DNA of 64,000 nucleotides from Isurus oxyrinchus (taxonomy: Eukaryota), in NCBI GenBank assembly GCA_026770705.1, contig JANJGN010000034.1, forward strand, positions 4,154,001 to 4,218,000, written 5' to 3'. The notes under the pieces were generated by a model. It was not told the DNA's origin, did not search any database, and saw only the letters and a program-made list of their open reading frames with translations. Positions 1 to 13,700 of this stretch are shown here, one piece after another (positions within the stretch are counted from its first letter, which is position 1; every line of letters begins with the position of its first letter). The translations under genes and the position numbers were made by a program.

Positions 1-3000
1 AACATGATGTAGTGCTTCATATCGACAACACCAAAGTCGCTGAAGTCACTGTTAATTCATGAAAGATTTTTTCAATAGCAGAGTTTAAGTCAGGTAAGAG
101 ATTGGGCAAACCATAGATCTAGAGGCAAGAGAGGGAAATAGGCACGACGTTATATTTTGCTCCAAATGGGGTTATGTCTTTGCTCCATATGGATGGCAAT
201 GAGACAAGTGTTTCACAATGTAGTTCGAGCATAATGGATACTAGTTAATGGTGGGTAATATGTTTAAGGTGGAAAGGACATAATATGTTTTTTTAACCTA
301 TTTCACAGCAGCATAATGCAATATTAATTGACTTTTTTGTTTTAAGATGCCTTTTAATATGATGCCATATAAGATTAAGTGAGGGCAGGGCTTGGGGCCA
401 AGAGGTCAAACAAAGGCAGTCCTCGATTGGAGAGGCAGCAACCCAGTTCTTGGTGGAATTCAACAAATTGCGTCGAAATACCATGTTCTGTTTGGAAGGT
501 ACTGAAGTGTCAAGTGTTTGCACTTCCTCATTAAAACTGTCAAATTGAGATAATAGTGTAGGAAGTGAGATGAGACAGCAACTGACAATATAACGAATCG
601 CTGTGGCTGGACGGAAAATTGGCAGGTCTGCAACCAACGGCTGCAAGGACATCTCAAAGGCTCTTGTCTTCTGCGATGGAAAATAAGATCATTTAGCATC
701 CACCGAAAATCAATTAAAATCCAGGTTTGTAGTGAAATGGAAGCTCAGTAATAGCTATATGCTTTAGAGAGTAAAGACGCCAAGGCAGCCTTGCATGGAT
801 CTTTAGAAGATAAGCTAAAATAAATGTATTTTGACAGACATACCCAGGCAGAGAACAACTTACTGGAAACTGCACAATTGTACAGCGCAGCTTTTTGCTC
901 CTTAGCACTTGAGGGTTCATTTTGAAGTCACAAAGGCTTGTGCTTCAAGAATATAGATGTCATAGTAGAAATGCACGCAAGTTGCCAGAAACCCAGCTTA
1001 TTGAAAATCTCGCAAACAGGTGTGTAGGTTATGCTGTTTGAGCAGTGTTTGATTTAGCACCATTCAAATTCAGGGCAGTCCAGAGATTAGCAGCGTTGAG
1101 AACACTCGATGCAACAGAAATGTCCCCAGTGCTATCGTTTGGAAAACAAATAATGGAGCATTTTTAAACGGATAAATATCGAGATGTGAGGAGTAGTTTA
1201 AAGTTGTCCATTCAATTAGTCATTTTGATCTATACATGTCATTGAAAGAGCTGTTTCAGATGATTCAATAATACTTTACCTTCTCTGCGATGACACAAAT
1301 TTGAGTGGGACACATGCAGTCCACATTGATGACAAAAACAGTGCCGGTTTGATTGCTTAACAATTGCAAAATCCTCTACGACTGGAATCTGGATTTTTCC
1401 CGTTGAATTACTCTGAATGTCGCCTCAGAATTCCATGCTTTTAAGTAAGAGATTTAAGTTCTCAAACTGCATTTAATTAGCTTCAACTCAGTCCAGTTCA
1501 TCCTGCTCTTAAAATTCTTGATATATTGTCCACCTCTCTTCTTCAGTAAAAATCTATTAGTCCGCCCACAAAGTCGTTGGGATTACACTTGCTGCTATTC
1601 GAATATAACACAAGTTTCAAAGATCCATTCATCACGCTTCATTCGTTACAGTCGTAACGACCAAAACACCCAAACACCTGATAATCTGCCCTAAATATCA
1701 CGAGATAACTTGATACCAGATCCATCTTGATGACAGTCCTTGAATACAGTTAGGAGGATTCATCATATTATCAATAAAATTCAGAAGAATTCGATACCGT
1801 GTTTTCCTTAGTGTATGAATCTGGAACAGCAATCAACGCCAGTGTAACCAAATATTTCCATCGTTTGTGATATGTGAAACGCTGCTGTATTAGAAAGATG
1901 ATTTAATATATATTCTACCGTTACTAAAAGGCTGATGATTCTCGAGATGTTCCCAAACATCTGCAAAGTTGTTGTAGTTCCCTTTATTTGTGAAATACTG
2001 CCATTGAAGAGCCCAATAATTGTTTCTGAAGTACGAAATGTCTGTAGTTATGTCTCTGAATGTCAGCTTGACATGAGATGACCTGGAACTTCATTAATGT
2101 ACAATTGAGATTACCAATATGTTGTCACGTTGATTTGCATACTGTTAACTCTCTCGGAACTGACAAATTGCCAAAAATTGTCAGCAACATTGTGTAAGCT
2201 TTTATACTTAATTGCATATGAGCAAGCCGTATGAAATTATTCGGAAGGAGTTAGAATTAAAATGCGGGTGAGAGAGACAGACAGACAGAATTAGCTAGCG
2301 AGAGAGGCGGAAGAAAGAGGGAGAGATGGAGAGAGAAGATCGAGTGGCTGATAGAGGTGTAGACAGTAAGAGAGAATGACCTCGCTGTGAAGGACCAACT
2401 TAAAGATGCATATTGATGCCAATAAAGACGCTTTGGCTTTTAATGAATTCGCTGAATAAACAATTTGGCAAGCCACAACGCAACATCAAGTCAAAGCAAA
2501 ATCCTGCATTTTTGTCGGCTGATGTTACTGTGGTGTTGGTTAACCAAAATTAAACGTGGGGCAAATTTCAATATTGATCATTTTTACGCTTTCAGACCTA
2601 AAGTGGAAGGAGGATGATAAAGTCATGCCAGTTTAGATTTAGACAAAAGAATGCATAGAACAATGTTGTCCAAGTATCTGCTTCTAAAGTATACATGGGT
2701 CACATTGTCGAATTACATTCAAGTAAATGGAATGGTGTTAGTGTCAGTCATCAAAGGAAGTGAGTTCGTTCTTCAAAATAATTAACTGAAGGAAATTTCT
2801 GCTCGTCTATTCCACTTAGGAACGTATTTGCACAAATGACAAACAATAATAAAGCAGAGAGAGGTAGACAAGATGTAGAACAGTGCATCATCAACAAATG
2901 TGGGAAGGCACTGCTAATTAATGTAAAGTTTCAGAAAAGCAGTGTGGAAGTTAAATAATGCACTTTACAAACTTTGCCAATTGGTGACAGTGGAGGGAAA

Positions 3001-4078
3001 TGTCCAAGAAGTTCAAGTAAAATCAATGTGTGTGGTATATTTGCAACAACTGGGTAGACAACGAGGCAACAGTTGCCCAATTAAGCTCTAACAGAATGAA
3101 GGCAGGTTGATGGGAGATCAACTGCTTCAGATGCAATAGAGAGAAAGCTTTCTTCTAATTCGTAGCACTGCAAAGTTTTTTTTTCTATGGCACTTTCAAG
3201 CAAAATTGTTATCTGATGGCATCTTAGGTAAAAGTAAAGAACGGCTTAACTCTGATGTTCGGAGGAATAGACATCAATTGGAAGGACAAAATGACATTTG
3301 GTTCTAAGGCAGCTCGTTAAGTTCAAACACCATTTGCTGTTCAAATGGAACCGACACTGAACTGGTTCTTCTTCAATGGTGATGATGTGGCATTTCAGGG
3401 CAACATCACAGAACGAGAGATGAGATCACAATTCAAAATACGACAAAGCAAGAAGTTGCGTGGCCAGCAATTATTGGGAACATGGACTTGGGAAGGGATT
3501 CAAAATTCGGAATTGCAAATGAAGATCCTACAGCACTCCTCGAAAAAACAAACAAATTAAATCCACTTTTGACCTGAAGTAAAGGCACATTAATAGCATG
3601 ATGATGTATAGAGCATGGAAGCCATATTCATGCAAAACAATTTCAGGTTACATGCTACCACTTGTAGGCTTTAATAGAAATTGTGAAATAAAAAAATATC
3701 TTGGTGGCAATTGCACTTTGAACCAGCGCAGCTCCACGCCCCTGAGCTCGTGTGGGTTACCTCTCACTACCAACTATATGGGAGATGCTGTGAAGAACAT
3801 TAAGCAAAAATTTAGAGAAGAATGTAGTCAAGGAATATCTGCAATTATGGGTGACGTTAAGATGGATATAGTTTGGGCATATCAAATTAGTTACAATACC
3901 TTCTTGGAGGAACTGCTGTATTGAAAAAGGGATGCATTTTATGTACCAATACATTGGGGAAAGACCCAGAGAACGGGCTATCCTCCACTGAATAATTGAC
4001 TATCTGGTTGTACGAGTTCCATTGGGAATGAGCGACTATTATATGCTAGAACTATTCATCAAGGTGGAGAGTGATATA

Positions 4079-4377
4079 ACACCAGAATTACCTGGAAAAA
4101 CTCAGCAGATCTGGCAGCATCGGCGGAGAAGAAAAGAGTTGACGTTTTGAGTCCTCATGACCCTTCGACAGAACTTGAGTTCGAGTCCAAGAAAGAATTG
4201 ATATTTCAACTCTTTCTTGGACTCGAACTCAAGTTCTGTCGAAGGGTCATGAGGACTTGAAACGTCAACTCTTTTCTTCTCCACCGATGCTGCCAGACCT
4301 GCTGAGTTTTTCCAGGTAATTCTTTTTTGTTTTTGTCTTGGATTTCCAGCATCCGCAGTTTTTTTTGTTTTTATCTC
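4079..4377. mobile_element. Palindromic Penelope-like terminal-repeat insertion nested in the CR1
   Basis: ~118-bp inverted arms at 4084-4201 and 4206-4323. 14-bp TSD tggagagtgatata at 4065-4078 and 4378-4391. The sequence resembles the Penelope end at 48142-48275. Confidence 0.88.
4232..4270 (+). ncRNA. Minimal type I hammerhead-ribozyme-like motif (mirror copy on the - strand in the left arm)
   Basis: agtt-CTGTCGA-a-gggtc-atgag-gactt-GAAAC-GTC-aact shows stem I, the core boxes, stem II and a minimal stem III. Penelope pLTRs are known to carry minimal hammerheads. Core A6 is U here. Confidence 0.55.
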
Positions 4378-7300
4378 TGGAGAGTGATATAGTTGATTCT
4401 GAACCTTGGGTCCTGAATCTTACTAAAGGAAAATATGATCGTATGAGGCGCGAGTTGGCTATGATGGATTCGGAAATATTACTTAAAGGGATAATGGTGG
4501 ATATACAATGGCAAACATTAAAAGAGTGCATGGGTGAACTGGCAACAATTGTTTGCTCCTGCGCGGCACAAAAGTAAAAGAGGAAAATTGGCCAAGCCAT
4601 GAGTTACAAGTGAAATTATAGACAGTATTAGATGCAGGGAAGAGCCATACAAATTAGCCAGCAAAAGCAACAGACCTCTGGATTGTGTAAAGTTTAGAAT
4701 TCTGCAAACGAGGATCAAGGGATTGATTAAGATGGGGAAAATAGAATACAAAAGTTAGTTTGCAGGGAACATAACACATGACTGAAAACTTTTCTTTAGT
4801 TATGAGAAGAATTAAAAAAAATGTTTGGTGAAGACAAACGTTTTCCTTTTCAGTCAGAAACCGATGAATTTATAATGGGGGAACAAAGAAATGGCTCACA
4901 AACTAAATACATATTTTGGTTCTGTCTTCAGAAAGGAGGACACTAATAACATGCCAGAAATTTTGGGGACCACAGGATTTAGTGAGAGGGAGGAATTCAA
5001 AGAAATAAATATTTGTAAGGAAATGGTGTTGTGGAAATGGATGGGATTGAAGGCCGATACATCCCCGGAGCCTGTTAACCTGCATCCCAGAGTACTTAAG
5101 GAAGTGGCCCTGGAAATAGTAGATGCATTGGTGCTCATCATCCGTGAATCTGTATACTTTTGAACAGTTCCAAAAGATTGGAGTGGAGCTAATGTGACCC
5201 CACTATTTAAGAAGGGAGGCAGAGAGGAATTACGAATTTATGGACCAGGCAGCCTGAGGTCGGTATGGGTAAAATTGCAGAGTCCATTATATAAGAGTTA
5301 ATAGCTGCACAAAAGGAAAACAGTGGCAGAAACACAAAGTCACAATGGATTTATGACAGGGAAATCAGGCTTGATAAATAAACTAGATTTTTTCGTCGTT
5401 GTAACTAGTAGTGTGCTCAACCAGTTAATGTGGTTTATTTGGGCTTTCAGAAGGCATTTGACAAAGACCAACTTAAGAGATTGACATCTAGCATTAAAGC
5501 GCATGTGATTGGGGTTGGTGTACTGAGATGGATAGAAAACTGGTTTATTGACAGGGGACAAAGAATAGGAATAAACTGGATTTTTTTTTTTCCGAATGGC
5601 AGGCCGTGACTAGTGGGCTGAAGCAGGGATCGATGCTGGGACCCCAGTTACTGACAATATATAAGATTGATTATGATGAAGGAATTAACTGTAATACTTC
5701 CAAATTTGCAGATCACACAAAGCCTTGTGGGAGCATCAGTTGTGAGTAGGATGCAGATATGCTTCAGGGTGATTTGTACTTGCTGAGTGAATGGCACATG
5801 CATGGTAGATGCGGTCTAAGATGGATAAATGTGAGCTAATACATTTTGGTATCAAAAACAGGAAGGAAGATTATTATCTGAATGGCTATAAATTGAGAGA
5901 GGGGAAAGTGCATTGAGACCCAAATGTTCTTGAACATCAGTGTCTGAAGGCAAGCAGGTCGGTGCAGCAGTCAGTATAGAAGGCAAATGGTTTGTTGGCC
6001 TTCATAGCCATAGGATTCCAGTACAGGAAGATAAATTTCTTGCAGCAGTTGTACAGGGCCTCGGTGAGACCACAACTGGAATATTGTGTACAGTTTTGGT
6101 CTTCTTATCTCAGGATGGCTGCATTTGCTATTCATGGAGTCCAGCGAAGATTTGCCCGGCTCATTCAAGGGTTGGCTGGATTGACATATGAGGAGAGATT
6201 GAGTCGATTTAGATTATATTGCTGACTTTTAGAAGAATGAGGAGGGATCTCATTGAAACCATTCTAACATAACTAGATCATGCAGATGCAAGAAAGATGT
6301 TCTTGATGTTGGGGAGCACAGAACGAGGAGTCATAGTCTGACGATATGGGCTAGATCATTTAGGACAAAGATGAGGAGAAATTCTATTCACCTAGAGTAT
6401 GGAGAGCCTGTGTAATTCGTTACCACAGAAACAAGTTGAGACCAAATCATTGTATTTTTTAAAGAAGACGTTAGATATAGCTCTTGGGGCCAAAGGAATC
6501 AAAGGTTATGGGTAGAAAGCAGGAGCAGGTTATTGAGTTTAATTATCAGCCATGATCTTAAAGACTTGCAGAGCAGGCTCGAAAGGCCGAATAGCCTAAT
6601 CCTGCTCCTGGTTTCTATGTATTTTTATGTTTCTCTCACTTTCCAATGCCACGTGCTGCAGTGATGCAAGCATCATACAAGATATTCTCCTGAATTATTA
6701 GAAGCACAAAGGATCCATAACACCAAAATCATGCTTCTCAGATATGTTGGTTGAGACATGCTTGGCAAATTACCTTTTCAATTCAGGGCAACCTAAAGAA
6801 CAGCTGTCATCGGGACATTTTATCTCTTAGAAATGACACCACTGCTATTTGAAAGGCAGAAGACAGTGACAGGACATACTGATGATATTCCAGACGGAAG
6901 GAGATGATTTACGCCATTAATTAAATTGTTTATTTTGATCTAAACATACCAATTGAAGTCCTGTTTCAAATGTTGCCATATTGCTTTCCCACATATCTGG
7001 TGACAAATATTTTTTGGGACACCTCCAATTCAAATTAACATAACAGCAGTGTATGGGCCAAGTGCATAACAATACGAAAGTCCCAGAATATGACTGGAGG
7101 GATATAGGCATATATCATGAGTTTTTTCAATTCTGCATTACACTGACTGACGATTCATAAAGTGATGATTATGAGCAAGATATTCCAGGCTTCACAATTA
7201 ATTTATTGCGCATCAATTTTTTTCATGAGCTTCCTGCATTTACACTTTTGAACTCTTGAAATTTCGTTTATAACCATAATTTTATTTGTTATTCCGATCA

Positions 7301-7688
7301 TGAAGTCGAACTTTCATTTGATCATAACATTATCTAAAACGTTATTTTAAAAATTGAAAGTGCCATGCTTCATTCGCAAGGGTATTAACTAATAACATGA
7401 CCAAACACTTGATCAGCTGCAAAACCATATCACTAAATGGCATAATGCATGATGTTGACATTTGCACTCCTGGAAGCAGTTTCAGAAGAACACCTTGTTA
7501 TGAGTAGCATTCAGAACAAGTTGGTGCTGCCTTGAAATGTTGTTAAAATGTACCAAATGGCTTCAAGATTTATCTGTGAATTTCAGCTCGACATGAGATG
7601 ACCTGATATGATGCTAAAACTGAATTGAGATATGCGTACGTTATCAGGTTGATTTGGCTATTAACATGTATACTGTTAACTCTCACAG

Positions 7689-7709
7689 AACTGACAGAAT
7701 GCCAGGAAG
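7689..7709 (+). CDS. 21-nt type A micro-exon, (E)LTECQE
   Basis: ctgttaactctcacAG|aactgacagaatgccaggaag|GTaatg. Confidence 0.6.
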
Positions 7710-10700
7710 GTAATGCAATCGTTTTTCCTTCTGATTCCTATGTAATTGCTTAATTGATTTTTGAGCAGGCCACCTGGTATTATTGAGAGAGAGAGAGAGA
7801 GAGAGAAGAGAGAGAGAGGGAGAGATGCTAAGAGAGAGAGAGAGAGCGGGGTCCTATCAACGCAGGATCAACCAGGAGACATGATTGATTGCGAGTGGTG
7901 CCCCAGAGGCTTTCAGCGGAGCCCCATCAAGAACAAATTGGCAAAACAAGCTGTGTCCCACGTTCGATTCTGCTGTCGATGAGCTGGTCAAACAACACGA
8001 AAATAAACATAATGGGAAATATTATTATTTCATTCCACTTAATCATTCAAAGCTAAAGAAGAAAGGGGAAGGATTTAGAATTTTTGATAAAAAACTAATT
8101 TAAATACGATTGGCATGCAACCTTTTTCAATTTTAGCCTTTGGTCACTTTGACAAAAGACGTTCAATTATCTGAAATGCTGTTTGAGCCGGAGGTCAAAG
8201 TCAATGCCTTTTTTCTTTCTATTGATTTATTTCATGAAATTTATGGTCGACCATTTTAGATCTAGGAAACGATTTCCCTGACTAAGAGTCATTGATGAAG
8301 CAGAGTGAGGATGACTTGATGATGAGCTGTGGGTCGTTAACAGCACTGTGGAGAATTGAGTGTTAAAATTACACTGTTTTCGGATAGCAGAACTTAAATC
8401 AAATAAGGAATTGGATGGAATTTAGATCTTCGACGGCATCAGAGGCAACGGTTCATGATTTTGAAGTGGAACCAAACCTTGAAAGCATTTTTGGTACAAC
8501 CGGTTTGGCCGAGATGCAAATGTTGTCCAATTCAGTCGTGCATAATGAACACATGTCAAAGTAAAGTCATTCGTTTAAGTGGCAAACCATATATTTTTTC
8601 CCTATTTCACAGCAGTATGGTGAAATATTTTACAGTTCAAAAATAGTTCGATGTTTAGAAGGAACTGCAGATTCAAATGTTTTTGGTTTCCCTGGGTGCT
8701 GCTGGCTCATTCGAGCTGATTAGAACAGAACATGAGGACAGATAAGAAGCAATCACAGCACAAGCGTCCTAGCATCAACAGGAAATTGGACGGCCTACAC
8801 TCATATGGAACAGTGATATCACAAAGGAGTTCCATCTTCTCCACCGCTAAATTATGTCATGTGGCAACATTCGAAAAAATCAATCAGAAACCTATATTTG
8901 ACCCGGAAAAAGGATGCACATTATATTATACATAAGAATATGGGCACCAGATGACCTTGTATGCAATGAGCAAAATATATTTAATGGAGATTGTGAAACC
9001 GAAAAAAAAGCGTAATGGACACAAGACTCTTTACATTCAGCTTGTATGGCTACACTCCGCTAATCTGAAGCTTTTTGCACAGGAATACAGTGGTCGCAAT
9101 GAAATGTACATTAATACCCAGAGTCCCAGGCAATTCCACATCAATAGGACATGTACCTTACAGATGCTGTTGGAGCAGGGAATGCTTTAGAACCTTTTTT
9201 TAAAAAATATTGGGCAATCTAGAGAACACCAGTCATCAGGGTCACTTGATGGAAAGGAAAAAATACCACTGCAATCGCATGAAAAAGCAACGTGCACTGA
9301 TATCAGATGCTGAGGAGAAGACAGATGTAAGGTGCTAATTTATGGTGTTAATTTCATTTTTTTTATCTTCACTTTCCAACTGAAAGTGCTCTTTCAGATT
9401 ATGCCAATATATTTTTGACGTTCATGGTGCCATATATATGTTTGGACTGATGCCATCTACGTTCATTTATTTCCAACTTTGGAAATATAACAAAATTCTT
9501 ATTAGTAAAAAAATGATGCTATATAGGTTAACAAAGCGTTTAAAAGACTGACTGGCCTTCATTTCCCTTCAACCATCTGTCAATTACTTGCAGTTTGCAT
9601 AGGTTAAAAACTTTCTGACTGAAATTGTGCCCTTGACGAGCCAAGTCGTTATTTCACCTAAACTGAATAGCATTAAGCTGTGGCCATAACTGCCAGCCTT
9701 GACATGAGATGGCCTCTCTCGCCTCAAGGTAGAGTTCAGAAGCATGGCCGGAAAAGTGTGACTGCGGCCTCTTCGCAGTCCCAGTCGTAGCAAATATGTG
9801 ACTCTGGTTAAGAGTCAAATTTCCAATAAAGTGACTTCGGTTTCAACATTTCAGTTAAAGTCTATTACTGGTAACGTATGTTCTAAGGTTTAATGTGGTG
9901 TCCATGCTCTCTAAGTTAGGTAGCTCTTCAAGTATAACCTTTTCGCTTCGAATGTGGAACAGTGATTGATTATCCGATTTGCTACAGTGCCAACTTTTCG
10001 ATTACGGAAGTTTGACTGCCTTCCAACTATCCCCGTTCCCGACTCTAGCCGAAAATTAAACTTTTCGTCCAGGCTGGAACTTTGCTGGTACTGTTAAGAG
10101 CTATCTAATTTCCAGTTAATTTTCTATTACCCTCACGTAAGGTAACATCAAGAATGTAGACCAAACAATTGAACTTTCGCTTTCTTCTTAACAGCAAATT
10201 ATATTTCAACTGCTTGTGTTGTATTCCATCAAAGGCTGCAACGTTGCTTCTCGAATCGAAATCTGCCTATCGACGAAATCCAGTCTTTAACCCCTACTAT
10301 AATTTTATCTCATTTGTCGTCATGAAAAAAGACCGTTTGGACACGTGTTAAAATATTACTTTTAACCGTTTGGAAATATAAAATGAACAATTCCCCCTTT
10401 CCATGTTAAACAGATGAACCTAATTCAACTGAATTTTTGAAACCGAAGGCACCTTAATGGAAACTTCACTATTGGCCTAAGTACATTCATGTACTTCAGC
10501 TGATCTGTTTTCCATCCGATATTCCAAAAGCATGTGTTTCAGATATTCTAGCCTCATACCAGATATCCAGAATCATTTCCAGAATCCCAGATAATTCAGA
10601 ATCTCGAAAAATGCGATCAATGATATACTGTTTCCACAGTTTTTGATTATTCAATATGAAAGTGCAGGGCAATTAAGACTGCAGCAGTCTTCAGGAAATC

Positions 10701-13700
10701 TTATATTTTGGAAATTCTCCCGCTGCTACAGTTTGAAAAAGGAGAGGTCTCAGATAAAAGAACCTGATGAAAATGCTGATAAGAGGTGGTGACTTATGTT
10801 GTCAATTAGCTTAGGTATTTTGATCAACCCACACAAATTGAAAGAACTGTTTCTCTTGATGCAATTATACTATTCCCAGTGTACTGTCATAAACATTTGA
10901 GTGGTACTTAGGCAAGCAGTCTTCAAATAAGCGTCATGAAGTACTAATTGCATAACGATTGCAACGTCCTAGAATATGAAAGGAAAGATCAAGATGTCCA
11001 TCTAGAATTGTCCTGCTGAATTACATTAGATTTGGTGTGCCTTGATGTCAATAAAGATGGACCAGATCTCAAGTCTCTTTTAATTCTCGTCAATTTTTAA
11101 CATCATCCTGCCTACAACACATAGGAAAATTTGGTAATTTAATTTCTAACATAAAATTATATTGTTCCGACCTTGTAGTCAGGATTTATTTTCATGATAA
11201 GAGGAACTTCTAAAATAATTTCGAAAATTCATCTATCAAGCTAAAAATGAAAGACTATTTTCAAATAATATAGCCAAGCATGTGATCATCTGCACAAATA
11301 TTGCACGTGGTGAATTAATGTGAGGCAATGATTGATTAAGCACCTGAAATTAGTTTGGGAACATTCAACACATTATGAATGACATTCAGAACAAGCTGAT
11401 GCTGTTGCTTTCCTTAGTCTATGATAATGTAACAGCAAACAATGTCACTACCGATTTTTTTCGGCGTTCTGACATATATCAAATGCAGCACTAGGGGAAT
11501 TATGTCATTATAAAAAAAATCTAAGTTGATAAAAAAGTTGTTAATTTCCCATATTCTTCCACACAGCTGTCGATTTGATGATTTTTTCTGACCTTTAAAT
11601 CATTCTTTCTGAAAGCCAAAAGTTGAAAAGCCACAGTATTGTTTCTGTTCTAAATAGGTTGAAGCTGTGTCTGCGAATGTCAGCTTGACATGAGAAGGCC
11701 TGCTATCTCAGCAAAGTGGAGAAGAGACATTTAGACAGTGCCCCGTTGTTTTGGATATTCAGGTGCATAGTGGTAACTACAACGGAACTGGCAAAATACC
11801 AAGAAATTAAAGCAAAACCTTTGCCTTTCCAAATATTTTTGCTTCATCTTTGAGCAATTCGTATAGCATTATTGAGGTAGAGACAAAGACATATATAGAG
11901 ATAGATCAGGGGAATGGACGGAAGGGGACAGATAAAGCCCTATCAGTGAAGCATCAATCGGGAGACCCGACTGATCGCAATTGCTCACGTTTTGCATTTT
12001 AGCAAAGTCTCTTGTAAAATTGTAAAATACTGAAATAATGTTCTTGATGAGCTAAATTCTTGTTACATTTGTATCAAATGGCTTGAAGCTCTTCTTGCGA
12101 ATGTGAGCTTGATAAGATATTGCCTGAGATCTCGAATAAGTAGCGTTGACATAGCTTTTTTTTTTGTCGGGATTAATTGGATGTTCAGATGTTTACTGTT
12201 AACTTCTCACAGATCTGACGACATGCCAGGAAGGTAAGACCGTAAAATTTATCGCAGCGCAGCATCTCATCTTGGCAGTTCCCCGCGTTGTTTTCTGCTT
12301 TCGATGCCATGGTAATTGTTGATTGGAAGGTAAATGTGAAGAGAAATGCATATTTCTAAATGCCATTCAACTTTTCAGAGCTAAAGAAGGAAGGAAAAGA
12401 TAAAAACAGGACTCAAATGTCATTTAACTCGCTTCAACGCATTTCATGATCCACTTGCCTTTATTTTTTCTGAGTACTTGGCGAATTCCTTTTTAAGTTA
12501 CAATTCAAGTCTTTCGACCCTGAAGTCAGAATTTTATTTCTTGTTCAGAGAAATGCTACAAAAATTCTGAAAAACTTTCAGAAGAAATGAATGATGTTAA
12601 AAGCAAAATACTACGTATTTTGGAAGTATGAGACAGAAACAAGCAATGCTCCAAAAACAAAATAGGCCTTACGCATCTGTGGAGAAAGAAAATGAGCTAA
12701 ACTTTCCAGTCAACACAACTCTTGATAATGCCAGTTTATGATGGTGTTTATCTTGAAGGATGGTGCTATAACAGCAAGCAAAGCAATTATAATAAAGTAC
12801 AAACAACACTTGTTATATATCAAATACCGCACTCACATAAATATGATGTAGCATGCCTTGCTAAAGGGGAAGAGATTGCGTTGTGGCATTGTGCTGGGCT
12901 AATAATCTAAATACCCTCCGTAATGTTCTGGGGACCTGTGTTCGAATTTTGCCATGGCAATGGCAGAATTTCAATTCAATAGAGATTTGGAATTGAAAGT
13001 CTAATGATAGTCATTGAATCATTGTCAATTCGTTTAAAAACTCATCTGTTACAAACATGTCCTTTTGTGGTCTGGCCTGCATGTAGCTCCAGACGAACGA
13101 CAATGCCATAAGCTCTTAAATGTCTTCTGAACAAGGGCAATTAGGGATGGAAAATAAATTCTGGCCTAACCAGTGACGTCCAGGTCACGTACAATAAATT
13201 GTGTGATCAAGCAGCGGATGATCGCCAGATTCTTCCAAACATCTGTCTTGGTGTTGAAGATTCTTCCTTTGGAATTGCTGAAAAACTGTTCTTGACGGAC
13301 CAACTCATTGTTACATTTGCATCAGGTGGCTTGATGTTGTGCCTGCAAATGCCAGCTTGACAAGGCATAGCCTGATATCTCGACAAAGTAGCGTTGAAAT
13401 ATATATTTTTTTTGTTGGGATACTTGGATATTAAGAAGTATACTGTTAACTTCTCACAGAACTGACGAGATTCGAGGAAGGTAAGACTGTAAAATTTATC
13501 ACAGTGTGGCATCTCATCACAGCTTTTCCCGCGCTGTTTTCTGCTTTCGATGCTCTGGTCATGGTTGAATGGAAGGTAAACGTGAAGAGAAATACAATTT
13601 TAAATGCTGTTCAACTTTTCAGAGCTAAATAGGGAAGGAAAAGATAAAAACAGGACACATATCTCATTTAATTTGCTTTATCGCTTTTCTTGATCCACCT

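Larger units (their letters stand above)
3769..6632 (+). mobile_element. CR1-clade LINE, 5'-truncated, degenerate ORF2 (endonuclease end plus RT) and 3' UTR
   Basis: Peptide relics AIMGD..DIVWAYQI, LNTYFGSVF, GLKADTSPEPVNLHPRVLKEVALEIVDAL and LYRASVRPQLEYCVQFWS. The tail is (ttctatgt)-like. Flanking direct repeat ctctcact at 3761-3768 and 6633-6640 (TSD). Confidence 0.92.

Noticed and set aside
81-92. 12-nt AG..GTAAGA segment
   Set aside because: Homologous positions in other units lack the GT; likely chance.
9307-9326. AG..GTAAGG-flanked segment as another micro-exon
   Set aside because: It is 20 nt, has no polypyrimidine tract and is not conserved at the homologous position in other units.
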